From: Nitrososphaera viennensis EN76
GTDB taxonomy: Archaea; Thermoproteota; Nitrososphaeria; Nitrososphaerales; Nitrososphaeraceae
Assembly (NCBI RefSeq): GCF_000698785.1
Contig: NZ_CP007536.1
Location: 2,250,001-2,282,000, forward strand
DNA length: 32,000 nt
Direction of reading: 5' to 3'
In this document: positions 22,382 through 30,666 of the stretch, one piece after another
How positions within the stretch are numbered: position 1 is the stretch's first letter
Layout of the letters: each line of letters begins with the position of its first letter
Position numbers and translations under genes: made by a program
Notes under the pieces: model-generated
Told to the model about the DNA's origin: nothing
The model's input: the letters and a program-made list of their open reading frames with translations, nothing else
The model's database searches: none

Positions 22382-23668
22382 ATGAAGATCGACGATATCT
22401 ACTACCTCTCGTTTGAAGCCCTCCGGGACAGGAAGGTCCGCTCCGCCCTGACGATACTGATGGTAGTGGTGGGAAGCTCCCTAATGGTCGCGCTCAACGG
22501 CCTCACCGCGGGATTTGGAGTGTTTATCGAAAAGCAGTTCAGCAACTTGGCAAGCAACGTCCTGACCCTGACCAACTCTGGCGGAGGCGGCACCTTTGTT
22601 GGTGGAGGCGGAGGAGGCGTTGTCATTTCTGCCGGCGGCCAGCCTCAATCGTCCGGCACCACGGTCACCTTTAACGCCGCGGTAGTCACAAAGGTAAAGA
22701 CACTGCCACTGGTAAACGATGTCATACCCACGTACACGGGGCGCGTCACGCTAGAGTCGCAGGGAAGAGAGAGGAGCGTTTCCGTGTTTTCAATAGATCC
22801 AGACAAGCTTGTGACCATAGCGCCCACGATACAGTACAAGGAAGGCGCAAAACTGGAGCAGAACGACCCCACTGGGATGGTGGTCGCGGACTTCATCGCC
22901 AATCCCGAAGGCCAGCCGACCCCGTTCCTCGTAGTCGGACAGACGGTCAAGGCGTCCTACTCGTTTGTGGATCCGTACACCGGCGAGGACAAGCAAGAGT
23001 CAAGGTCGTTCATAATAAGAGGCGTAATGGCCCAGACGGGAAACCCGAGCATCGACAGGGCCGTAATAATCAGCCCCGAGATCGCAAACTCGCTCCTGCA
23101 CAAGAATGGCAGGTACGACTCTCTCATGGTAGTCGTGCCGTCGCCGGACGACGTCAGCACGGTGCAGGATGAAATCCGGGTTATATATGGCAACGGCGTC
23201 GGCATCAGCACCCCGCAGGCAGTACTGCAGGCAAGGCAGCAATTTACGTCCGGCTTTAGCTCTTTTATCCTGGCAATAGCGCTGGTCGCGCTGGTCGTGG
23301 GCGCAGTCGGCATCGTGACAACTCTCTACACTTCTGTCACGGAGAGGATCCGCGAAATCGGCACAATAAAGGCGATAGGAGCTCTCAACAAGGACATACT
23401 CTTGATCTTCATAAGCGAAGCCTCGATAATAGGGGTAATTGGGGCCACGCTGGGGCTGGTGTTTGGAATTACAGCAGGGTCCCTCCTGACAGGCGTATTC
23501 AGTTTCGGGCCGAGAACGGGCGGTGGCCAAGATATATCGCCGGTTTACCTGCCATCGGACCTCCTGTACGTGTGGGGCCTGTCCGTAGGGCTGAGCCTGA
23601 TGGCCGGCATTTACCCTGCATGGAAGGCGTCGCGGCTTGAGCCCATCGTTGCTTTGAGGCGGGACTGA
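22382..23668 (+). CDS. ABC transporter permease, MacB/FtsX family
   Basis: 428 aa. The N-terminal TM (RSALTILMVVVGSSLMVAL) is followed by a large extracytoplasmic domain and three C-terminal TMs with the FtsX-type ...ERIREIGTIKAIGA... motif. Confidence 0.85.
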   Translation: MKIDDIYYLSFEALRDRKVRSALTILMVVVGSSLMVALNGLTAGFGVFIEKQFSNLASNVLTLTNSGGGGTFVGGGGGGVVISAGGQPQSSGTTVTFNAAVVTKVKTLPLVNDVIPTYTGRVTLESQGRERSVSVFSIDPDKLVTIAPTIQYKEGAKLEQNDPTGMVVADFIANPEGQPTPFLVVGQTVKASYSFVDPYTGEDKQESRSFIIRGVMAQTGNPSIDRAVIISPEIANSLLHKNGRYDSLMVVVPSPDDVSTVQDEIRVIYGNGVGISTPQAVLQARQQFTSGFSSFILAIALVALVVGAVGIVTTLYTSVTERIREIGTIKAIGALNKDILLIFISEASIIGVIGATLGLVFGITAGSLLTGVFSFGPRTGGGQDISPVYLPSDLLYVWGLSVGLSLMAGIYPAWKASRLEPIVALRRD

Positions 23669-23713
23669 CGGAAAAAGGGCCTCTGTGTCCAACCCCTTGG
23701 CTTTCGGTTCTTC

Positions 23714-23905
23714 CTATTGCTTGTACGCGGGCCTGTCGGATGGCGCGAAATTGTCGAGGATTCCCTGCGCGCGCTCTGGCTCGGTGCGCAGCACCTCCCT
23801 GACGATCTTTTGCACCTGCTCAAGGGTGTAAAAGTAGTCTCCCTTGCGAAACCAGATGTCTCCCTTGAGATCAAAAAGCTCGTGCAGTTCCATTGTATCT
23901 CGCAT
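23714..23905 (-). CDS. Small hypothetical protein
   Basis: 63-aa ORF downstream of aspartate kinase on the same strand. Confidence 0.4.
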   Translation of the reverse strand: MRDTMELHELFDLKGDIWFRKGDYFYTLEQVQKIVREVLRTEPERAQGILDNFAPSDRPAYKQ

Positions 23906-23986
23906 AAAAAAGAGTCTCTGCGATATTGAATGCTTGCTAGTTTTCTCACAAGTGAGAATCGCTGCGGCGACTTCAGCTATTGTTGG

Positions 23987-25396
23987 TTATTTGCGCGCTT
24001 TTCCCAGCCCAAACTCTTCATGCAGGGCATTTACCGCGCGCTCACAGTCGCTGTCGTTCACCACAAATGCGAGGTTCAGCTCCGACGAGCCCTGTGCTAT
24101 CATTATGACGTTGATGCTGCGCTTGGCGACGGCGCCAAACACCTTTGCCGCCACGCCCTTTATCCCGCGCATGCCCGAGCCCACCACCGCAATGACTGCA
24201 ACGTCATCGCTCACGTTCACCTGCTTTATCACCTTGCCAAGCAGGTTCAGTTCAAGCGTGGTTGTCGCCTTGTCAAGGTCGCTCTTGCGCAGGACCATGG
24301 AGATGCTCGACTCCGACGGGCTCTGGGATATCATCATGATGTTCACCCTGTTCCTGGCAAGCGTGTCAAAGATCTTGGCCGCAGTCCCCGGCGCCCCCAC
24401 CATGCCGCCTCCGCTCACGTCGACGAGCGCTGTGTGGCGTATTGCGCTTACCGACTTCACTATCTTTTGCGAGTCGCGGCTTGGGTTCTGCGTGATTACC
24501 GTGCCGGGGTGCTTGACGTTGAACGTGTTGCGTATGCGTATCGGGATCTTGGTGTCCATGACGGGCTCTAGCGCCCTTGGGTGCATGTACTTGGCGCCAA
24601 AGAGCGCCATCTCCATCGCCTCTGCAAACGAGACCTCCTTTAGCACCTGCGCGCTTTTCACTATCTTGGGGTCCGCTGTCATCAGGCCGTCAACGTCGCT
24701 CCAAAGCCACACCTCGCTTGCGCCGACGCTTGCCGCGACTATGGTCGCGGTATAGTCCGAGCCTCCGCGCCCTATCGTAGTCGTGTTGCCGTGCTGGTCT
24801 GCGCCGATAAAGCCAGTTATGACCGGCACCGCCCCGCGCTTTGTTATCGGGCCAAGCCTGTGGTTCACGCGAAGCTTTGTCGTGTCCATTAGCGGGCGGG
24901 CCTCGCCGAAATTGGAATCCGTCACGATGCCTGCCTCCTTGCCGGTAAGGTATTCCGAGTCGACGCCGATGTCCCTGAGGGCGTACGCGACTATCGGGGT
25001 CGACAGGCGCTCGCCAAACGACATCAGGTAGTCAAGCGACTTGGGCGTCACCTCTCCCAGAAGGACGATGCCTCCAAGCACGTCTTTGAGCTCGCCGATC
25101 GTCTTTCTCACGTCTGCAAGCGCGTCTTCCCTTAGTTTCTTGTCGGATATCGCGCCGCTTGCAATGTCGGTGTGGATCTTTAATGATTTTTTCACGAAAT
25201 CCTCGATCGAGGTGCGGTCGCCGCGCCTCACGCTGTCTGCTATGGACAGGAGGCCGTCGGTCATGCCCCTGACCGCAGAAACAACGCAAACGACGTCGTT
25301 GCCTGGCTTGTGGGATGACTTTATCAGCTGCGCTACGTGCCGGACCTTGTCTGGCGAGTCCACCGCCGTACCGCCAAACTTCATCACGATTATCAT
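23987..25396 (-). CDS. lysC: Aspartate kinase
   Basis: The N-terminus VMKFGGTAV is followed by an amino-acid kinase fold with ...GGSDYTA..., and there are two ACT-like C-terminal repeats. Length 469 aa. Confidence 0.9.
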   Translation of the reverse strand: MIIVMKFGGTAVDSPDKVRHVAQLIKSSHKPGNDVVCVVSAVRGMTDGLLSIADSVRRGDRTSIEDFVKKSLKIHTDIASGAISDKKLREDALADVRKTIGELKDVLGGIVLLGEVTPKSLDYLMSFGERLSTPIVAYALRDIGVDSEYLTGKEAGIVTDSNFGEARPLMDTTKLRVNHRLGPITKRGAVPVITGFIGADQHGNTTTIGRGGSDYTATIVAASVGASEVWLWSDVDGLMTADPKIVKSAQVLKEVSFAEAMEMALFGAKYMHPRALEPVMDTKIPIRIRNTFNVKHPGTVITQNPSRDSQKIVKSVSAIRHTALVDVSGGGMVGAPGTAAKIFDTLARNRVNIMMISQSPSESSISMVLRKSDLDKATTTLELNLLGKVIKQVNVSDDVAVIAVVGSGMRGIKGVAAKVFGAVAKRSINVIMIAQGSSELNLAFVVNDSDCERAVNALHEEFGLGKARK

Positions 25397-25406
25397 TGCA
25401 AAGTCA

Positions 25407-26159
25407 TCAGTCCTGTACGCGGGGAGCCAGATAGAAGTGTATGCGGCCGACGTTTGCTATCTTGAACTCCAGCCTGAGGGGCATCTTGCTTGAATACTCG
25501 GCAGCGACAGAGCCTCCCATCGCAATGACTGCCTTTGTTATCTTGCTGAGGTAGTCGAGGCTGTACGTAGCCTTGCTGTCCTCCTTGACGGCAAGCTCTT
25601 CAAGCCCCTCGTTTCCTGCTTCAAGCGTCACGCTTGCCTCGCCCGAGTCGCCCTTGCCTGCAAAGTTTATCCTGCCAGACTTGCTATCAAGCGAAATGAA
25701 TTCAGATACTACCTGAACGTCTGATAGCACCTTGTCAAACGCCACTGCTGAAAGCACTGCTTTTGAGTTAAAGTTGAGCTTTGGAAGGGGAGTCGAGCTG
25801 GCGGAACTCTCGATGAGCCGGGTCTTGTACTCGCGCTTGTAGCCGTTCTGCATCCTTACGTGCAGCATGCTGTCGTCGCCCAGCAGTATCTCTACAGTGT
25901 CCTTCTTGTCCGCCCTCTTGACCAGCTTTGAGAACTCGTCGACGCGGATCCCGAACTTGACTGCGCTGTCGCACTCGTACTTTTCAAACGCCGCAGCGGG
26001 CCAAAAGATGTCGATGAGCGCAATGTGGGACGGGTCCATCCCGCGAAAAGATATGCCTTCGGCTGTCGCTTCAAACGTGGCCTCGTCGACCAGCGTCGAG
26101 ATTGCAGACGCAACGGCTTTCCACTCCTCGGGAGACTTTGTCTTGGCTACAAACACCAA
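25407..26159 (-). CDS. pcn: DNA polymerase sliding clamp (PCNA)
   Basis: 250 aa. ...EATFEATAEGISFRGMDPSHIALIDI... and the two-domain layout are typical of archaeal PCNA. Confidence 0.85.
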   Translation of the reverse strand: MVFVAKTKSPEEWKAVASAISTLVDEATFEATAEGISFRGMDPSHIALIDIFWPAAAFEKYECDSAVKFGIRVDEFSKLVKRADKKDTVEILLGDDSMLHVRMQNGYKREYKTRLIESSASSTPLPKLNFNSKAVLSAVAFDKVLSDVQVVSEFISLDSKSGRINFAGKGDSGEASVTLEAGNEGLEELAVKEDSKATYSLDYLSKITKAVIAMGGSVAAEYSSKMPLRLEFKIANVGRIHFYLAPRVQD

Positions 26160-26280
26160 ATTACAGTATGTGGCAGCCTATACTGATTTTAAACATTGCT
26201 GTCCGCAAGCCCAGTCTTGGGCACAAAAAGATCTTTGGTTTTTCTAAAATCCTGCCATAGATCTGCAAGCGTGTTTGCAA

Positions 26281-27342
26281 ATGTTGCAGCCTTGTCCAAC
26301 TCTTAAATACGATAATCTCGATAGTTATACTGTCTGGTTATTGGACGATCCTTTCGCTGTGGATGTCCAGCGTGGCAGTCCGACAGCAGCCGAAACCGCA
26401 AGGAGCATTAGCAGTAATACCCCTACTACTGTTACTAGCGTGTCAGAGGGCCTGAAGGCGGGCCAGAGGATAGCCAAGATTTCCGTGATAACGCTGGTCG
26501 CCATAGGCATAGCCGAGCTTGCAATGGGCCAGATAAGCGGGAGCATCGTCGCAACCGCAGACGGCATCGACTCGCTTTCTGACGCCATGATCTCGCTCAT
26601 CGTCTTTGTCGGGCTGTACCTGGCAAACCGGCCTGCAAACAAGAAATTCCCCTTTGGCTATTACAAGGTGGAAAGTTTCGCCGCGCTCATTGCGGCAATA
26701 GGAATGGTCGCCATAGGCGCGTTCATCCTGTTCCACTCGTACGAGTCGCTGATGGATCCGCACAGGATAGAGCAGCCAGTGCTGACTATGGTTGTCCTGG
26801 CAGCCGCCGGCGCCATATCACTCCATAGGGCGCTCCAGATGAGAAAGATAGCGCGAAAATACGACCTGCTTTCGCTCAAGACGGACGCCAAGAACTCGAT
26901 AAAAGACGGCTCGGCATCGATAATCGGTTTTGTCAGCGTGCTAGTCGCGTCGCAGTTTGGGTTCCTCCAGATGGACGCAATCGGCGGCATGATAATTGCA
27001 GGCTACATATTCTCTGTCGCGTATTTCTCGCTAAGGCAGTCATCACTCACGCTTGTTGACGCATGGCAGAACCCCGGCACTTCTGACAACGTCAAGCAGC
27101 TTATCGAGGCCAAGTTCCAGGCAGAGCCGGTGAGGGTCAGGTCGGTGTTCCTGAGGCCGACCGGCATGATGGCCCACGCAGAAGTGCACCTTGAAGTCGA
27201 CGGGGACAAAAAGCTGGCAGACTTTGAATCGCTGTCTCTTCAGGTCCAGAGCCTTATTCGCTCCAAGTTCCGGCTTATTGACAGGATATCCGTGATACCG
27301 CACCCGACGTCTTTTGACGGAAAAAAGGATACACGACTGTGA
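26281..27342 (+). CDS. Cation diffusion facilitator (CDF) family metal efflux transporter
   Basis: The TM core contains ...ADGIDSLSDAMISLIV...FPFGYYKVESFAALI..., and there is a C-terminal cytoplasmic domain. It has an unusual N-terminal extension of about 60 aa. The start is ATG at 26281 or TTG at 26275. Confidence 0.8.
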   Translation: MLQPCPTLKYDNLDSYTVWLLDDPFAVDVQRGSPTAAETARSISSNTPTTVTSVSEGLKAGQRIAKISVITLVAIGIAELAMGQISGSIVATADGIDSLSDAMISLIVFVGLYLANRPANKKFPFGYYKVESFAALIAAIGMVAIGAFILFHSYESLMDPHRIEQPVLTMVVLAAAGAISLHRALQMRKIARKYDLLSLKTDAKNSIKDGSASIIGFVSVLVASQFGFLQMDAIGGMIIAGYIFSVAYFSLRQSSLTLVDAWQNPGTSDNVKQLIEAKFQAEPVRVRSVFLRPTGMMAHAEVHLEVDGDKKLADFESLSLQVQSLIRSKFRLIDRISVIPHPTSFDGKKDTRL

Positions 27343-27396
27343 TCTAGAAGAAGAACCAGAAAGTCTTTAACAAATGAGCCGCATCTTCTTTCCGTC

Positions 27397-28668
27397 GTGA
27401 AGTTTCTTTTCGTGTCGCCAGAAGCCCTGAGCCTTGACCTTGCATACAGGATAGTGCAAGAAGGGCACGAAGTGAAGTTCTGCGTGCAGAGCGAGACTGA
27501 AAAGGACGTGGGCGACGGCTTTGTGGAAAAGGCCGACAGGTGGGAGGACCACGTTTCCTGGGCAGAAGTCATAGTGTTTGACGACATTGGCTTTGGCAGG
27601 GCCGCAGACAAGCTGCGCGCGGAGGGCAAGAAGGTCGTGGGCGGGAGCGCCTACACCGACAGGCTAGAGAGCGACAGGGAGTTTGGCCAGAACGAGCTTG
27701 CCCGGGCCGGCGTCTCGATACTCCAGAGCCGGACGTTTTCCGACTTTGAGGAGGCGATAAAATTCGTGCAGGCCAACCCGTCGCGGTACGTGATAAAGCC
27801 AAGCGGCAAGGCGCAGAACGATAAAGAGCTCCTGTTCGTGGGACAGGAGGCAGATGGAAACGACGTGATAAACGTCCTTGCACACTACAAGAAACACTGG
27901 TCAAGCAAGATACGGGTCTTTCAGATCCAGCAGTTTGCCTCCGGGGTCGAAGTCGCAGTCGGCGCGTTTTTCAACGGCAAGGACTTTGTCAAGCCGATAA
28001 ACGTGAACTTTGAGCACAAGAGGCTGTTTCCCGGCGACATCGGGCCAAGCACGGGCGAGATGGGATCCTTAATTTTCTGGACGCACCAGAGCAGCATCTT
28101 TGGGCTGACGCTTGAAAAGATGAAGCAGCAGCTGGTCGAGTCCGGCTACGTGGGCTATATCGACATAAACTGCATCGCAAACGGGACTGCCATCTACCCG
28201 CTAGAGTTCACGTCGCGCTTTGGCTACCCGACCATATCGATACACATGGAGGGGGTGACGGGCGAGTGGGGCAGGTTCCTCCATTCTATTGCAGGCGGGG
28301 AAAATGTCGCGCTGGAGGCAAAGAAGGGGTTCCAGATAGGGGTGGTGATCGCGGTGCCGCCGTTTCCGTTCACGGACGACAAGACGTTTCGCAAGTTCTC
28401 CGAGGACGCGACCGTGCTGTTCAAAAAGCCGGACATGGCCGGCGTGCACCTTGGCGAGATAAAAAAGGACGGGAGCGACTGGCGCATCGCAGGGCGCTCA
28501 GGCTATGCGCTGGTTGTAACGGGGTCGGGCATAACAACGGAAGAGGCCCGGCAGCAGGCTTACAACAGGGTTGCAAACATCATGATACCGAACATGTTCT
28601 ATCGCACGGACATTGGAGCCAAGTGGATAAAGGACAGCGACCTGCTTCTTTCGCTTGGTTACCTCTAG
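27397..28668 (+). CDS. PurD-like ATP-grasp ligase (phosphoribosylamine--glycine ligase family, divergent)
   Basis: 423 aa with ATP-grasp organisation (...YVIKPSGKAQNDKELLFVG..., ...FEHKRLFPGDIGPSTGEMGS...). The N-terminus lacks the canonical GSGGREHA motif. GTG start. Confidence 0.6.
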   Translation: MKFLFVSPEALSLDLAYRIVQEGHEVKFCVQSETEKDVGDGFVEKADRWEDHVSWAEVIVFDDIGFGRAADKLRAEGKKVVGGSAYTDRLESDREFGQNELARAGVSILQSRTFSDFEEAIKFVQANPSRYVIKPSGKAQNDKELLFVGQEADGNDVINVLAHYKKHWSSKIRVFQIQQFASGVEVAVGAFFNGKDFVKPINVNFEHKRLFPGDIGPSTGEMGSLIFWTHQSSIFGLTLEKMKQQLVESGYVGYIDINCIANGTAIYPLEFTSRFGYPTISIHMEGVTGEWGRFLHSIAGGENVALEAKKGFQIGVVIAVPPFPFTDDKTFRKFSEDATVLFKKPDMAGVHLGEIKKDGSDWRIAGRSGYALVVTGSGITTEEARQQAYNRVANIMIPNMFYRTDIGAKWIKDSDLLLSLGYL

Positions 28669-28916
28669 GCAAGCGCGCTGATGCCGTCGTTCGTGACAAC
28701 CATCGTTATAGTCGACCTGATGTCGTCTATCTTGCGCAGTTTTGAAGATATTATCTCCTTGACCCTGTCCGGGTCGGGAGCCTCTATCTTGACCAGTATG
28801 TCGTAAACTCCGCGGACCTTGTAAACCTCTTTCACGCCTTCTATCTTGCGCAGCTCTTCTGCGACGCGGCTGTCGCTCCCAAGGCTGGTGTTCACTAGAA
28901 CAATGACTTTGCGCAC
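28665..28916 (-). CDS. Stand-alone Lrp/AsnC-type ligand-binding (RAM) domain protein
   Basis: 83 aa. ...VAEELRKIEGVKEVYKVRGVYDILVKIEAPD...IRSTITMVV is the RAM beta-alpha-beta-beta-alpha-beta pattern, and there is no HTH. GTG start. Confidence 0.7.
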   Translation of the reverse strand: MRKVIVLVNTSLGSDSRVAEELRKIEGVKEVYKVRGVYDILVKIEAPDPDRVKEIISSKLRKIDDIRSTITMVVTNDGISALA

Positions 28917-29032
28917 AGTTATTCTAGCGCAGCCCCAAGATTTAAACTCCCTCTGCGAATCTTGGCGCAGATTCTATGCTCGTATAATCATAATTCCATT
29001 TCCGGGGTAGAGACTCGTACCTGAAAGTGCAA

Positions 29033-29773
29033 CTATAATTGTCTATCTGTTGATGTTGTATATGCCTCTATGCGGTCGTGCTTGCGAAATGCGCCATAGT
29101 AGGCCAGCGCGGCCATGGCCAAGGCAAGCAGGTACCAGTTTGGTATTACGAAACTTCCAAGATCGATTGCGCCCATGTGCATCGAAGTCCAGTCCGTAGA
29201 CTGCATCAGCCTGCCTCCCTTCGGGTCGCCTGCAAGGGGTACAAGCCACCTGTTGGCAAACCATGCAAAATCCTCGATAAGGATCGCTGCTATCAGGTTT
29301 GCAAACCCGAGAAACAGCGCCTTTCTCCTCTTGTGCTTGCCCAGCAGCTTGAACGCCATGTCGTCCCACAGGGCGACAAAGCTGATGAGGATGAATATGA
29401 AGAGCATGGGGAAGAGGTGGTACTGGTACATGTTGCCGATGATTGGCCTGGTTTCCCTGCTGGCAGAAGAACTTGCCGTCCCCTCGACCTTGCCGTTTGA
29501 GATCTGGAGCGCGGGGTCCTTGATGTAGTAATATTCAAGGTGTGCAAAACTGATCGCAAAGACCGCGCAGATCACGGCGGTGGCGATGAACTCTACCTTC
29601 CTTGCTCCCAGATGTGCCAGAATGTTCTCGCGGTAAGTCAGGCCGCTGGAATGATCCCCGTCCTTGCGTTCTGATTTGGAGCCTATGTATGATGTAGGGC
29701 CGCACTGGATAAAAGAGTTAAGGGCATGTATGTGTCTTGTTTCTAAATGCCGGGCTGCAAAAAATCGCGGCAT
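29033..29773 (-). CDS. Multi-pass membrane protein of unknown function
   Basis: The start is taken at the internal Met at 29773 (MPRFF...), 21 nt after the upstream RAM gene's stop. The protein has several hydrophobic helices. The longer ORF to 30052 overlaps the RAM gene out of frame. Confidence 0.55.
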   Translation of the reverse strand: MPRFFAARHLETRHIHALNSFIQCGPTSYIGSKSERKDGDHSSGLTYRENILAHLGARKVEFIATAVICAVFAISFAHLEYYYIKDPALQISNGKVEGTASSSASRETRPIIGNMYQYHLFPMLFIFILISFVALWDDMAFKLLGKHKRRKALFLGFANLIAAILIEDFAWFANRWLVPLAGDPKGGRLMQSTDWTSMHMGAIDLGSFVIPNWYLLALAMAALAYYGAFRKHDRIEAYTTSTDRQL

Positions 29774-29793
29774 CGCTGCGCGCGTATATGCTA

Positions 29794-30036
29794 CTATTGT
29801 CGATCCTTTTTGACGGCTATTATCGTAGTTGTAGTGCACGTCATGCCCGGCACGGTCCTTATCTTGACTATGGTATCGCGCAGGGCCTCTTCGGACTTGG
29901 CATCGACCTTTACGATGATGTCGTATATTCCAGACGTCTCGTAAACGGCCGCGGCATTTGAAATGTTCTCCAGTTCGCTCTTGGCGGCCTGTACTAGCTT
30001 GGGGTCGCAGTTGAGGAACACAAACGCAGACGTCAT
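29794..30036 (-). CDS. Stand-alone Lrp/AsnC-type RAM domain protein
   Basis: 80 aa. ...AKSELENISNAAAVYETSGIYDIIVKVDAKS...IRTVPGMTCTTTTI is the RAM pattern, and there is no HTH. Confidence 0.7.
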   Translation of the reverse strand: MTSAFVFLNCDPKLVQAAKSELENISNAAAVYETSGIYDIIVKVDAKSEEALRDTIVKIRTVPGMTCTTTTIIAVKKDRQ

Positions 30037-30057
30037 CTGGAGCGCCTACCACTACTA

Positions 30058-30144
30058 CTACTTTTCTGCTCTAAGCAGGGAATAGGCCAGCACCGCTGCC
30101 GAAACTGCAAGCGACGCGACAAATATTGCAAGGGCCATGTCCAT
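30058..30144 (-). CDS. 28-aa single-TM peptide immediately downstream of kdpC (KdpF-like in size and context only)
   Basis: The peptide MDMALAIFVASLAVSAAVLAYSLLRAEK is below the ORF-track cutoff. GGAGGAGGG lies 11 nt upstream of its ATG, directly after the kdpC TAA. Confidence 0.4.
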   Translation of the reverse strand: MDMALAIFVASLAVSAAVLAYSLLRAEK

Positions 30145-30164
30145 CCGGTTCTTTTCCCTCCTCC

Positions 30165-30641
30165 TTATCCCTGTCCCGTTCCAAGGAACTCTGCATATGT
30201 GTCCGGGTACTGCCTTGCAAGCTCTATGTTCAGCTCTAGCACGTTGACATGATCAGGGGCAAAAGCCACCAGGTTTGCCGACCTGTTTCTCTCGATGTTG
30301 AGGTCTATCATCGTAACGAGGTAGTTCTCCGGTATGCCAGTAGCCTGGCTTACGCCCTTTGCCTGCGAATAGGCATCGTCGGGGGTTATGTGGGGGTCGA
30401 CTCCTGACGCTGTTTCCACTGCAGGCCGGGGGTGGAAAAACTTGGGCGACGAAAATTCCTGCGCGACGAGCCGCGACCCGACCTCCTTTCCATTCAATTC
30501 CAGGATGCTCCCGTTTGACTGGAACGGAAGCGCGCTCTGCCCTATCGCCACCAGCGCAAGAGGGTACGCTATTCCGGTCACGACCAGCATCAGCACAACC
30601 ACCCTGATTGCGGGCTTTAGCGTTCCGGGCTTGATCTCCAT
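30165..30641 (-). CDS. kdpC: Potassium-transporting ATPase subunit C
   Basis: The start is at the internal Met at 30641 (MEIKPGTLKPAIRVVVLMLVVTGIAYPL...QSALPFQSNGSIL...GSRLVAQEF...FHPRPA...SGVDPHITP). This matches the KdpC family pattern. Confidence 0.85.
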   Translation of the reverse strand: MEIKPGTLKPAIRVVVLMLVVTGIAYPLALVAIGQSALPFQSNGSILELNGKEVGSRLVAQEFSSPKFFHPRPAVETASGVDPHITPDDAYSQAKGVSQATGIPENYLVTMIDLNIERNRSANLVAFAPDHVNVLELNIELARQYPDTYAEFLGTGQG

Positions 30642-30666
30642 CTTTTTCTTGTCTCCTCCTCTCCTA

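Noticed and set aside
23844-24755. 303-aa and 213-aa + strand ORFs antisense to aspartate kinase
   Set aside because: The aspartate kinase frame carries clear family motifs along its full length. The antisense frames are low-complexity Ser/Ala/Thr or Arg/His-rich.
29774-30052. N-terminal extension of the long 339-aa ORF 29033..30052
   Set aside because: The extension overlaps the well-formed RAM-domain gene 29794..30036 in another frame, and it is Arg/His-rich with no hydrophobic character. The internal Met at 29773 gives a sensible operon layout.
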